Below, piece by piece: positions 37,359 through 47,187 of a DNA stretch of 60,125 bases (the stretch's first letter is position 1; each line of letters starts with the position of its first letter). Location: contig JBFMCP010000020.1 of assembly GCA_040754455.1 (NCBI GenBank), forward strand, positions 1 through 60,125, in the 5' to 3' direction. This stretch comes from Nitrospirota bacterium. Its GTDB lineage: Bacteria; Nitrospirota; Thermodesulfovibrionia; Thermodesulfovibrionales; Dissulfurispiraceae. A program made the position numbers and the translations under genes. The notes beneath the pieces are model-generated. The model saw nothing but the letters and a program-made list of their open reading frames with translations. It ran no database searches and had not been told where the DNA came from.

Positions 37359-39074
37359 CTAGGGAGTAGTGAGAGCGCTGCAAAGCTTCGAGTAGGTATC
37401 ACTTTTGGCGAGCAGATCGGCATGCGATCCGATATCTCTGATCTCTCCGTCTTCGAGAACAACAATTCTGTCGGCATTTTTGATTGTTGAAAGGCGGTGG
37501 GCTATGACAATCGTCGTCCTCCCTTTCATCAATCCCTCAAGCGCCTTTTGCACCAGTGCCTCTGAGACGGTATCAAGGGAGGAGGTGGCCTCATCGAGGA
37601 TCAGTATCGGGGGGTTCTTGAGGATCGCCCTCGCAATGGCAAGCCGCTGTCTCTGCCCGCCTGACAGCGTCAGGCCGCGCTCGCCGATAATCGTTTCGTA
37701 CCCCTCCGGGAGCTTCTCGATGAACTCATGGGCATAGGCCATCTCGGCTGCCTTCCTGACCTCTTCGAATGATGCATTGAGATTGCCGAAGGCGATGTTT
37801 TCTTTCACCGTGTCATTGAAGAGAATGATATCCTGGCTGACGATGCCGATCAGGTTCCTGAGCGATACCAGATCGATATCCCTGAGATCGATGCCGTCGA
37901 GCGTAAGAGAGCCTTCGGTGGGATCATAAAATCTGGGGATAAGATCGGAGAGCGTCGTCTTGCCCGATCCGCTCGGCCCGACGATGGCGATGACCTCTCC
38001 CGCCTTAATGGCAAGAGTTATATTCTTTAACACCGGTGTATTTTCGGATGCATAGGAGAAGGATACGTTGTTGTATTTCAGCTCGTTCCTGAAGTTCTTG
38101 ATCGGCAGCGCACCGCCTCTCTCTCCCTGCGTGTGGAATACCTGTTCGATGCGCTCGATCGCGGCCCTGATCTCCTGCAGGAAGGAATAGGCTTCGCCGA
38201 TTTTCTTCATGGGAGTGAATACCATGTAAATGGCGGCAATAATAGAGGCGAAATCTCCGGAGGTAATGACCCCGCTCTTCACCTGGTTGCCGCCGTACCA
38301 CAGGATAGTGCCGATGCCGATGCCGGTGACGATATCGATCAGGACCTTGGTGAATTCTTTTAATTTAACGACCCTTATGCTCTCCCGGTAAACGCCTTTA
38401 TTTTCTTCAACAAATTTTTCGTCCCTGTACTGTTCTCTATTGAAAACCTTGATCACCTTTGCGCCGGTGACCGTTTCACTGAGCCGATGGGTCACCCGGG
38501 AAAGCTTGATTTGTCCTTTTAAGCTCCTCTGCTTGACCCTCTTGCCGAACCGCTTTGCACCGTAGACAATCAGGGGGACAAGAACAAGACTCAGCAGGGT
38601 GAGGTCCCATTTCCGGTAAAAGGCGACGCCCAGGAGGACAAGGATAGTAGGGACTTCGACAATGACAGTTCTGATTACTTCCGAAAAGATGGCGCCGAGC
38701 ATCCGGACATCATTGATCACTCTCGATATGACGATGCCCGATGCCTCTTTATGAAAGTAGCTCACGGGTATGCGGAGCAGGTGTGCGTGGATTTTGTTCT
38801 GGGTATCGCGCACCAGCTTGAATCCCGCCGACTTCATGAGATACACCTGACCGAACTGCAGCAGGCCTTTGGACATAAAGAGTATGAAAACACCGAAGGG
38901 AAGGAGCGTCAGATATTCATACCGCTTTTCGACGAAAATGATATCGAGCGCTGGCTTCACCAGCCATGCAATAGCGCCGGTGATTCCTGAGACCATAAGG
39001 CTGAGGATGATGCCGAGAACGACTCTGGGCCAATAAGGTTTTGTAATCTCTATAATCTTCTTGAGGACCTGCAT
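37359..39074 (-). CDS. msbA: lipid A exporter MsbA-like ABC transporter
   Basis: TM domain plus GPSGSGKT, LSGGQRQR, LDEATS; adjacent to LPS core genes. Confidence 0.85.
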   Translation of the reverse strand: MQVLKKIIEITKPYWPRVVLGIILSLMVSGITGAIAWLVKPALDIIFVEKRYEYLTLLPFGVFILFMSKGLLQFGQVYLMKSAGFKLVRDTQNKIHAHLLRIPVSYFHKEASGIVISRVINDVRMLGAIFSEVIRTVIVEVPTILVLLGVAFYRKWDLTLLSLVLVPLIVYGAKRFGKRVKQRSLKGQIKLSRVTHRLSETVTGAKVIKVFNREQYRDEKFVEENKGVYRESIRVVKLKEFTKVLIDIVTGIGIGTILWYGGNQVKSGVITSGDFASIIAAIYMVFTPMKKIGEAYSFLQEIRAAIERIEQVFHTQGERGGALPIKNFRNELKYNNVSFSYASENTPVLKNITLAIKAGEVIAIVGPSGSGKTTLSDLIPRFYDPTEGSLTLDGIDLRDIDLVSLRNLIGIVSQDIILFNDTVKENIAFGNLNASFEEVRKAAEMAYAHEFIEKLPEGYETIIGERGLTLSGGQRQRLAIARAILKNPPILILDEATSSLDTVSEALVQKALEGLMKGRTTIVIAHRLSTIKNADRIVVLEDGEIRDIGSHADLLAKSDTYSKLCSALTTP

Positions 39075-39291
39075 GCGTGCCTATACAATAAACAATTCGG
39101 CGCGGTATTGTAAAATCGATCGGCCGTTATCTGAATGCTGCCATTGCGGCAATGCAGTGCCGCGTGTGTTGTCGTTGCGCCGTCAGGAATGTAGTTTTAC
39201 TTTCCGCTTTTTTTATTATATCATTATCTGATGTGACGCTTTCCCCTCTGCAGCCGCGCCAGGTTCGGATATACGCACAAATGGAGGATCG

Positions 39292-40602
39292 ATGATAGAG
39301 GATTTTGTGTCGGGCAAAAAGAAAATAGCTGTTGTCGGCATGGGCTATGTGGGACTCCCCCTCTGTGTCGGCTTCGGCAAGGTGTTCAAGAACGTTATAG
39401 GTTTTGACATCAACGCATCGAGAATCAAAGAGCTCTCATCAGGGCACGACAGGACGCTGGAGGTATCATCCGAAGCGATAACAAGCGCGTCGGTTGAATT
39501 CACTGCAGATCCCCAGAGGCTGAAGGAAGCGGCAGTCATCGTCGTAGCGGTCCCCACGCCCATTAACGACCACAAAATGCCGGATCTGAAGCCGTTGGAG
39601 TCCGCCTCGGAGACGGTCGGAACGCATATGGGCAAAGGAGCGGTCGTGGTCTACGAATCAACGGTATATCCCGGCGTCACGGAGGAAATTTGCGGACCGA
39701 TCCTCGAAAGGTTTTCTGGCATGAAGGCAGGCGAGGATTTCAGACTCGGCTATTCGCCTGAACGGATCAATCCCGGCGATAAAGTCCATCGCGTCGAAAA
39801 TATCGTAAAGGTCGTTGCAGGACAGGACAGCGAGACCGCAGAGCTGCTCGCCGCATTGTATGGAAAAGTTATTAAGGCAGGCATCTATAAAGCCCCTGAC
39901 ATCAAGACTGCAGAGGCTGCAAAGGTGATCGAGAATATCCAGCGGGACCTGAACATCGCGCTCATCAATGAACTCTCCATCATCTTCCACAAGCTCGGCA
40001 TCGATACCACGCAGGTGCTTGAGGCAGCCGGGACGAAGTGGAACTTCCTGCCTTTCCAGCCGGGTCTCGTCGGCGGACACTGTATCGGCGTCGATCCCTA
40101 TTATCTCACTTTTAAGGCGCAGGAAGTAGGATATCATCCCGAGGTGATCCTCGCCGGCAGGAGGATCAATGACTATATGGGGAAATACATTGCCGAGCAG
40201 ACCATCAAGGAGCTGATCAAAGCAGGGACACCGGTAAAGGGAAGCAGAATCCTCATCCTGGGATTTACGTTTAAAGAGAACGTAAAGGATGTGCGTAACA
40301 CGCGCGTCATCGATATCTATCATGAGCTCAAGGAATACGGGGTCGATCCCTTTATCTACGATCCCGAAGCAGACGCCGCTGAAGTCGGGGAGGAATATGG
40401 CATTACCCTCCTCAAGGATATGAAAGAATTCTGTCCCTATGAGGGCATCATCGCCACCGTCAAGCACAATGCATTCCAGGGACTTTCCTCAGAGTATCTG
40501 AAATCGATCTGCAACCACGCACCGGTGTTTATCGATGTGAAAGGGATGTTTAATGGACATGCCCTGGAGACGTCGGGCTTCAGCAGGTACTGGAGACTCT
40601 AG
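39292..40602 (+). CDS. UDP-N-acetylhexosamine 6-dehydrogenase (WbpO/TviB-like)
   Basis: GMGYVGLP, YESTVYPG, YSPERINPGD, GGHCIGVDPYY. Confidence 0.92.
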   Translation: MIEDFVSGKKKIAVVGMGYVGLPLCVGFGKVFKNVIGFDINASRIKELSSGHDRTLEVSSEAITSASVEFTADPQRLKEAAVIVVAVPTPINDHKMPDLKPLESASETVGTHMGKGAVVVYESTVYPGVTEEICGPILERFSGMKAGEDFRLGYSPERINPGDKVHRVENIVKVVAGQDSETAELLAALYGKVIKAGIYKAPDIKTAEAAKVIENIQRDLNIALINELSIIFHKLGIDTTQVLEAAGTKWNFLPFQPGLVGGHCIGVDPYYLTFKAQEVGYHPEVILAGRRINDYMGKYIAEQTIKELIKAGTPVKGSRILILGFTFKENVKDVRNTRVIDIYHELKEYGVDPFIYDPEADAAEVGEEYGITLLKDMKEFCPYEGIIATVKHNAFQGLSSEYLKSICNHAPVFIDVKGMFNGHALETSGFSRYWRL

Positions 40603-41585
40603 CCGCCGATCTTCGACATCGGTCTCAGCATGGTGAGCGGCTTCTCGTGGCCCAGGGAGTGCCCCTGCGGCTTTACCTCGATAGAGAGGCGCAGAAGCCT
40701 TTCGAGCTCTTCGTCCGGAGCGCCGGAGCGCAGCGCTGATTTCAGATCGATTTCCGTCTCTGAAAAGAGGCAGGGTCTGAGCTTCCCGTCGGCAGTCAGC
40801 CTGAGGCGGTTGCAGGAGCTGCAGAAGTGGTGGGTGAGGGGGCTAATGAATCCGATGACCCCCGCAGCGTTCTCGAACCTGAAATACCGCGCAGGTCCCG
40901 ACTTCCTCATCCTCACCGGCACGAGCGGAGCAATTGCCGATACCTTCTCTTTGATCTCATCGGTAGGTATGTATTTCTCCTGGCTCCACATCTCCCGGGC
41001 CCCTATAGGCATGAATTCTATAAAACGTATGTGGTAGGGAGTCTTTATCGTCAAGTGTGCAAATGCTTCGATCTCATCGTCGTTGAATCCCCTGATGGGG
41101 ACCATATTAATCTTGATAGGGAGAATACCAGCCTGCTCCGCCTCCTCGATTCCTTCCAGGACCTTGCTGATCGTGCCTCCCCGCGTGATCTCTTTGTAGC
41201 GGTCGGGTCGAAAGGTATCGAGGCTGATGTTCACCCTTTTCAGCCCCGCAGCGGCAAGCGGGCGCGCGAGCTTTTTCAGGAGGAGGCCGTTGGTGGTCAG
41301 GCTTATATCGTCGATTCCCTCTATGGCGTTTATGGAAGAGACGAGATAGGTGAGATTTTTCCTGATGAGCGGCTCTCCGCCGGTAAGCCGTATTTTCCTG
41401 ACGCCGAGACGTGCGGCGATCCGGACGATCCTGATGATCTCTTCATAACTGAGAATGCTCTTGTGGGCAATGGGCTTCACGCCCTCAGAAGGCATGCAGT
41501 AGATACATCTCAGGTTGCATCGATCAATGATGGATATCCTCATGTAATCGATGGTCCTCTCGTACTTATCCTGTATCGGTTGCAT
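40599..41585 (-). CDS. moaA: GTP 3',8-cyclase
   Basis: CNLRCIYC, TGGEP, FCSSCNRLR...PCL, C-terminal MSKIGG. Confidence 0.97.
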   Translation of the reverse strand: MQPIQDKYERTIDYMRISIIDRCNLRCIYCMPSEGVKPIAHKSILSYEEIIRIVRIAARLGVRKIRLTGGEPLIRKNLTYLVSSINAIEGIDDISLTTNGLLLKKLARPLAAAGLKRVNISLDTFRPDRYKEITRGGTISKVLEGIEEAEQAGILPIKINMVPIRGFNDDEIEAFAHLTIKTPYHIRFIEFMPIGAREMWSQEKYIPTDEIKEKVSAIAPLVPVRMRKSGPARYFRFENAAGVIGFISPLTHHFCSSCNRLRLTADGKLRPCLFSETEIDLKSALRSGAPDEELERLLRLSIEVKPQGHSLGHEKPLTMLRPMSKIGG

Positions 41586-41603
41586 TGCTGATGCCTGGTG
41601 TGA

Positions 41604-42614
41604 CTATTTCTTCTTTTTGGTGCTCTTGGGCGTGGGTTTAGCGGCGGTCTTGCTCGGGGCACCGTTCCGCGAAAGCACTTCTGCTATCTTCTTCTCCGCG
41701 AGCTCCGCCTCAGTAGACCGGGGATATTTCTCGATAATCCGCTCGAGGATCACCTTTCCCGTCTTCCTGTCTCCCAACTCTATAAAGGCATAGGCCTGCT
41801 TGAGCATCGCCCCACGCGCTTTGTCGTGGTCAGCATATTGTTTGAGGAAGCTCTCGTAGGAAAGAATGGCATCCTCGTATTTCTTCTCGGCATAATAGGT
41901 CTCCCCGATCCAGAAAACGGCATTGGGCGCCAGGGTGTGCTTGGGGAAGCCCTGCGCGAATTTCTCGAATTTTTCGCGGGCCTCGGCATACCGTTTCTCC
42001 TTGAGGTCGATCTGCGCATCATCATAGAACCGCTGGGGGTTACGTTTATCGGGCAACTCTTTGTCAGGAGCAGCGGTGTCGGCGGGAGCAGGCGCAGCGG
42101 TCTTCTGCTCAGCAGAAGCCGCCTCGGGCTGTTTTGCGCTCTCCGCGGCGGCCGGGGACTTTTTGATGTCGGCAACTTCCGAGGAGAGGCTGCCGAGCCG
42201 TGCCTTGAGCTCCTTGATTTCGTTCTCAAGACTCGTCATTCTAGCCTGCTGCACATCTTTCTCTGCGAGCAGTTCCTTCATCGACTTGTCCATAAAATAT
42301 TTGCTCTCATCGAAGCGGCCTTTAAGTATCTGTATCTCCTTGGATAGATCTGAAGTCTGCGTCAAAAGTGATGACTGGCTCTCCCGGATTGCGCCGAATC
42401 CCTGGTCTTTGAGCGCCGAAAGATCCCGTGAAATGTCGGACAGGCTCGACTTGATCTGGGCAATTTCCCTCTTTTGGTTGAGCGTCTCAACCTGTACGTT
42501 GGTGGTGTCATTGCGCAGGGCATCAAAGTCGGAGGTCGTGGCACAGCCTGCAACAACCAATGAGGTCAGAATGAAAAAAGGAAGGCAGCGAGTACGAAAA
42601 CGTGTAGACATCAT
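41604..42614 (-). CDS. cpoB: Tol-Pal-associated TPR lipoprotein CpoB/YbgF
   Basis: Lipobox VAGC, coiled coil, TPR (NAVFWIGETYY); downstream of pal. Confidence 0.88.
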   Translation of the reverse strand: MMSTRFRTRCLPFFILTSLVVAGCATTSDFDALRNDTTNVQVETLNQKREIAQIKSSLSDISRDLSALKDQGFGAIRESQSSLLTQTSDLSKEIQILKGRFDESKYFMDKSMKELLAEKDVQQARMTSLENEIKELKARLGSLSSEVADIKKSPAAAESAKQPEAASAEQKTAAPAPADTAAPDKELPDKRNPQRFYDDAQIDLKEKRYAEAREKFEKFAQGFPKHTLAPNAVFWIGETYYAEKKYEDAILSYESFLKQYADHDKARGAMLKQAYAFIELGDRKTGKVILERIIEKYPRSTEAELAEKKIAEVLSRNGAPSKTAAKPTPKSTKKKK

Positions 42615-42617
42615 TAA

Positions 42618-43193
42618 CTACTTCCCCTCCACCAGTACGAAATGGGCCCTCCGGTTCTTCGACCAGCACTCTTCGGTGCCCTCGGTGCAGAGGGGCTTTT
42701 CCTCGCCGTAGCTTACTGTCTCAATTCTGTTTGAGGGGATGCCGAGAGAAACAAGGTATTCCTTTGCAGCGGTTGCCCTCCTCTCCCCGAGGGCGAGGTT
42801 GTATTCATCCGTTCCCCTGTCGTCGCAATGCCCCTCGATAATCACCCGCGCAGCACGGTTGTTTGAGAGGAATGCGGCGAGCTCTTTCAAGACCGGTTTT
42901 GCATCGTCTCTGACGTCATATCTATCGAAGTCGAAATGAATATCCTGTATCTTTGTCGGAAGCTCTTTCTCGGCCGGAGGCTGCGGTGCTGCCGGCTGTG
43001 CCTTTGCCAGCTGCTGCTCGGTGACGGTCTCCTTTGAAGGCTCGCCGGGGGCAGCACCTGCCTTTTGCCGTTCCTCTGCGGTCATCCCGGCCGGTGCTTG
43101 CTGTTCAGGCGCTTGAGCTACTTTTCTCTGAGCGCATCCCGTAACCGCTATGATTCCCAGAACGATCAAAAGAGCAGCCAATAAACGTTTCAT
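42618..43193 (-). CDS. pal: peptidoglycan-associated lipoprotein
   Basis: Lipobox VTGC, HFDFD, EGHCDDRGTDEYNLALGERRA, SYGEE, NRR. Confidence 0.95.
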   Translation of the reverse strand: MKRLLAALLIVLGIIAVTGCAQRKVAQAPEQQAPAGMTAEERQKAGAAPGEPSKETVTEQQLAKAQPAAPQPPAEKELPTKIQDIHFDFDRYDVRDDAKPVLKELAAFLSNNRAARVIIEGHCDDRGTDEYNLALGERRATAAKEYLVSLGIPSNRIETVSYGEEKPLCTEGTEECWSKNRRAHFVLVEGK

Positions 43194-43288
43194 TTCTTCC
43201 TCCTGGTCAGGTTTGTTGATAGAACTAATTTAACAGATATCTTTTATCTATGCAACTTATACCATCATGGCAAAACTGATGCACTTTC

Positions 43289-43846
43289 CTATTTCCATCT
43301 TTCGTAAAAAACAATTTCCTCGAGCGGCTTCCGGACAGAGGCACCTGTCTTTTCTTCAGTCGGATAGCCGATAGGGAAGATGCCCACAATACGGATATTC
43401 TGAGGGATATTGAGGAGACTTCTCAATTTTTCCTCCTCAAATACTCCCACGAACACCGTGCCGAGCCCTAACCCGCGAGCTGCGAGCATGATATTCTGCG
43501 CTGCAATACCCACATCGGTCAGGTAATACTGCTGGTTCCATATGTTCCCCGACTGGGCTGGGTCGGCGCAGGCAACAATAACCACCGGCGCCTCGGCAAG
43601 TCCTTTCTTGGCGGGGTTCGTCTTGTACCCCAAAGGAGAGAAGAAGGACTCAACGTAGGACAGTTCGCTGATCTTCGCCCGCACTGCAGGGTCTTTCACC
43701 ACTACAAAGCGCCAGCACTGCATATTCGCCCACGTCGGTGCATGGCGTGCCGCCTCGAGTATGGCCTCCAGTTTTTCCTCCTCCACCGGCTTGTCCATAA
43801 ACCTGCGGATGCTTCTCCTCGTCCTGATCGCTTCAAAGAGCTCCAT
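43289..43846 (-). CDS. nitroreductase family protein
   Basis: [28 protein letters not shown] 43846 has a GGAGG SD. Confidence 0.92.
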   Translation of the reverse strand: MELFEAIRTRRSIRRFMDKPVEEEKLEAILEAARHAPTWANMQCWRFVVVKDPAVRAKISELSYVESFFSPLGYKTNPAKKGLAEAPVVIVACADPAQSGNIWNQQYYLTDVGIAAQNIMLAARGLGLGTVFVGVFEEEKLRSLLNIPQNIRIVGIFPIGYPTEEKTGASVRKPLEEIVFYERWK

Positions 43847-43941
43847 ATGCGCCTCCTCCGAACAATATCGCACCGAATTACACAATAATACGATATCAGA
43901 AGGAACTTGTAAATTATGGCTCTTCGGCAGTTCAGAAGTAC

Positions 43942-44040
43942 AATTCAAAAATAAAAGAGAAAAGAGCAAAATTGCGGGAATTTACTTATTTTGAATTTTG
44001 CTTTGTAATTTTGCATTCCTCTTTTTGAATTTTGATCTTT
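43942..44040. repeat. A/T-rich heptamer-period hairpin
   Basis: AATTCAAAAATAAAAGAGAAAAGAGCAAAATTGC ... TTTTGAA TTTTGCT TTGTAAT TTTGCAT ... TTTTGAA TTTTGAT. Confidence 0.55.
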
Positions 44041-44087
44041 TCCGGTCTGCACTCCGAAGTCTGTTATAATGAAAAAGGGGAGATGTT

Positions 44088-44744
44088 ATGGCCGCCAGAA
44101 AAAAACAAAGACCTGAAACCTTTGCTTACCAGCCTTTCAAAGACCTGAAGAACGTCCTTGAGCGTACCAGACAGGGCATTCCGTCTCCGCCTGCTGCTCC
44201 GAAAAACAGCGAACCGCTCAGCGATGAAGAGATTTTCCGCAATGCCATGAAAGAGGTGCGGGAGATCAAAGAGTTCAGGGAATTGCCGGTACACCGTACA
44301 ACAACGATTCCCCGCTGCAAATGTACCTCATCCGATGTCGAGGCACTGAAGAGTCTCGAGGAGATTGCAAACGGACACAGGCCGCTCAATCTGCCTGACA
44401 CCCAGGAGTATGTAGAATGGATAAATGAGGAGTACCATAGCGAGGTCGTCCGAAAGCTCCACAAAGGAGAATTCGCGATTCAGGACTTCCTGGATCTGCA
44501 CGGGCTTATTGTCGAAGAAGCCGAAGAGGAGGTTGATCGTTTCCTGAGAGATGCTCTAAAGCGGGGACTGCGCTGCGTCAAGATCATCCACGGGAGAGGG
44601 CTTCGTTCTCCTCAGGGGCGGCCGGTGCTGAAAGAATCGTTGCTGCGATGGCTTCCGGGGCGCTACAAAAAGAATATTATCGCCTTTGTGACAGCCCGGC
44701 AGTGCGACGGCGGACTCGGTGCGCTCTATATCCTTCTTCGGTAG
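44088..44744 (+). CDS. Smr/MutS2 C-terminal domain protein
   Basis: LDLHG, IIHGRG.RS, PVLK, DGGLGALYILL. Confidence 0.92.
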   Translation: MAARKKQRPETFAYQPFKDLKNVLERTRQGIPSPPAAPKNSEPLSDEEIFRNAMKEVREIKEFRELPVHRTTTIPRCKCTSSDVEALKSLEEIANGHRPLNLPDTQEYVEWINEEYHSEVVRKLHKGEFAIQDFLDLHGLIVEEAEEEVDRFLRDALKRGLRCVKIIHGRGLRSPQGRPVLKESLLRWLPGRYKKNIIAFVTARQCDGGLGALYILLR

Positions 44745-44779
44745 GGAATGCTGCCTGCTTCTTTTCCCTCATGATGGGC

Positions 44780-45007
44780 CTAAATAAGGGAGAGCTCTTT
44801 CAAGGCCTTCACCATCTCGTCAAACTCATTGCGATGCTTATACCCGAGCTCTACAATCGCCTCGTAGGGCTCCATTGTTGCCGCAGGATCGACAATCGGT
44901 AAATACTTGTTGAATACTGCATTGAAGAGGTTCCTCTTTGCTGCAACAAAGTAATCATCCTCAAAGGCAGCAGAGATCTTAAACGCTATGTCTTCCACTT
45001 CGGGCAT
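44780..45007 (-). CDS. small hypothetical protein (75 aa)
   Basis: GAGGAG SD upstream; clean ORF with typical composition. Confidence 0.7.
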   Translation of the reverse strand: MPEVEDIAFKISAAFEDDYFVAAKRNLFNAVFNKYLPIVDPAATMEPYEAIVELGYKHRNEFDEMVKALKELSLI

Positions 45008-45139
45008 GGTCTTCTCCTCGACATTAGGGAATAGTAATTACATCAAATTATAACAGAAGTGGATACTGGCGAATCCAACGAGAATGAAGCGGAAGCACTG
45101 TGTCCTGCCCCCTCCCGCTCCATTCATGAACTATCACGG

Positions 45140-46348
45140 CTAGGCAGGAACGCTCTGCTTGAGCCTTACTGCGATGTTCCTGCCCAGTTGCTCGCATGCT
45201 GTGAGGGTCTCTGCTTTTGGTGCACCTCTGGTTTCAACAACAGGCTCGATGAGCTGCCACTTCATACGCTCGCCGAAATCTTTGAGCTCTTTGAGTGCGC
45301 CGCCGGCCCAGCCGTAGGAGCCGAATATCCCCAGGAGCCGGTCTTTCAGCCCTTTATTCTCCATAACCCTGATGAAGTGCTCCATAAGGGGGAAAGGCAT
45401 CATGTTGTATGTCGGTGTCCCCAGAATGAGCGCTCTATGCCGCCACGCATCCGCGATGATATACGAGATATGGGTGCGTGAGAGGTTATGTGTCGCAATG
45501 CTCCCGACATGCTCTTCGGCCAGGGCGCGGGCAACGGCTTCCATCATCTTCTCCGTATTCCCGTACATGGAGGCATAGACGATCGTCACGCCTTCATCAG
45601 TCTCATTGCGGCTCCATCGGTCATAGAGCCGCACAATGCGGCGCGGGTCCTTGCGCCAGACCGGACCGTGCGCAGGGGCAACAATGCCGATGTCCAGACT
45701 GCTTATCTTTGAGAGGGCCTTCTGGACCATGGTGCTGTATTTGCCGATCACATTGGTGAAATACCTGAGGGTCTCATCCTCATAAAAATGAATATCGCTG
45801 ATTTCATCATCGAACAGGCCGTCATCGACTGCGGCAAATCCTCCGAACACATCGCCTGAAAAGAGGATATGGTGCGTGGACTCGTAGGTCATCATGGTTT
45901 CGGGCCAGTGCACCATGGGAGTCAGGAAAAACGTGAGCTTGCAGCGCCCCAGGTCCAGCTCGTCGCCGTCCCCGACGGCTCTCACGTTTTCGGTAATGCT
46001 ATAGAAATCGGCAAGCAGTCCTGCGGTCTTTTGATTCCCGATGATCTGCAATCCGGGGAATGCCTCCAAAAGCACCTTGATTGCGCCTGAATGGTCAGGC
46101 TCCACGTGATTGACAATGAGATAATCGATTTTTCTTTTATCACCTAAAAGCGCCTTGAGCGTATCCAGATAGTCCACAGCATAAAAGCTTTTCACCGCCT
46201 CGACAATGGCTACCCGGTCGTCTTTGATAAGATACGAGTTATAGGAGATCCCATTCGGCATCGGCCATAGCTCCTCAAAGAGCCCGGTATCATGGTCATT
46301 CACCCCTATCCAGAACATCCGTTCGTTTATAGGAATCGATGTGCTCAT
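45140..46348 (-). CDS. fprA: flavodiiron protein (FprA/Roo; O2/NO reductase)
   Basis: HVEPDHS, HWPE, SGD, PAHG; flavodoxin domain SMYGNT...GSYGW. Confidence 0.93.
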   Translation of the reverse strand: MSTSIPINERMFWIGVNDHDTGLFEELWPMPNGISYNSYLIKDDRVAIVEAVKSFYAVDYLDTLKALLGDKRKIDYLIVNHVEPDHSGAIKVLLEAFPGLQIIGNQKTAGLLADFYSITENVRAVGDGDELDLGRCKLTFFLTPMVHWPETMMTYESTHHILFSGDVFGGFAAVDDGLFDDEISDIHFYEDETLRYFTNVIGKYSTMVQKALSKISSLDIGIVAPAHGPVWRKDPRRIVRLYDRWSRNETDEGVTIVYASMYGNTEKMMEAVARALAEEHVGSIATHNLSRTHISYIIADAWRHRALILGTPTYNMMPFPLMEHFIRVMENKGLKDRLLGIFGSYGWAGGALKELKDFGERMKWQLIEPVVETRGAPKAETLTACEQLGRNIAVRLKQSVPA

Positions 46349-46458
46349 AACCCCTCCTCTTATTACATATTAAGCTGTGCCGGTGAAACGGTCAATGCGC
46401 GGCATGATGAGAATGTTGAACACTATTGTTAAGAAAGGAAGCTTCCTGAGAATTTTGT

Positions 46459-46500
46459 TTGACAAAAGGCCCTGCACAGGATTAAATTAACAGTGTTAAT
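46459..46500 (+). promoter_or_regulatory. sigma70 promoter with a palindromic TetR operator
   Basis: TTGACA (46459)-N17-TTAAAT; perfect palindrome ATTAACA-G-TGTTAAT at 46486-46500. Confidence 0.7.
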
Positions 46501-46528
46501 CTAAAATAGCACAGTTAAGGAGAATGTA

Positions 46529-47140
46529 GTGGGGGCCAGGGAAAAAAGGGCCAAGTACAAGGAAGAGTTCCGCAGGGAGATCCTCGATGCAGCCCGGGAC
46601 CTTTTTATCAATGAGGGATACGAAAGGTTCTCCATGCGCAAGCTCGCCGAAAAGATAGAGTATTCACCGACTACCATCTATCTCTACTTCAAAGACAAAG
46701 ATGCGCTGCTTTTTGCCATATGTGAAGAAGTTGCCGAGCAATTTCTTGCCAACCTGAACCATATTAAAACGCATTATAGTGATCCTCTCGATGCCCTGCG
46801 CCAGGCCATGATCTCCTTCATGGAATTCGGGTTCAATAATCCGAATCAATATAAAGTGTTTTTCTTCACAAGCCCCGAAGTTTACGGCTCTCAGGAAGAA
46901 TTCATGGAAAAAGAGTCGATGGCGCGGAGCTCCTATTTCTTATTCAGGGAAATAGTGCGGAATTGCATTGCAACAGGAAGGCTCCGGGAGATGGATACCG
47001 ATGTCCTGACACAGGTCCTTAGCGTAGCAGCTCACGGTCTGATCGTGATGACTACCTATAGGAAAAATTTCCCCTGGGCCGACCGCAGCGTGCTCGCGCA
47101 TACGCTGGTTGACGGATTACTGAGAGGATATCAAAAATAA
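46529..47140 (+). CDS. TetR/AcrR-family regulator
   Basis: ILDAARDLF...FSMRKLA...TTIYLYFKDK. Confidence 0.95.
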   Translation: MGAREKRAKYKEEFRREILDAARDLFINEGYERFSMRKLAEKIEYSPTTIYLYFKDKDALLFAICEEVAEQFLANLNHIKTHYSDPLDALRQAMISFMEFGFNNPNQYKVFFFTSPEVYGSQEEFMEKESMARSSYFLFREIVRNCIATGRLREMDTDVLTQVLSVAAHGLIVMTTYRKNFPWADRSVLAHTLVDGLLRGYQK

Positions 47141-47187
47141 AGGTTCACCTATTATTTACGCTTCATAGAAACCGGAGGAATAGAAAC

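Noticed and set aside
43847..43969. 41-aa N-terminal extension of the nitroreductase
   Set aside because: It overlaps promoter/repeat DNA; ATG 43846 has a GGAGG SD.
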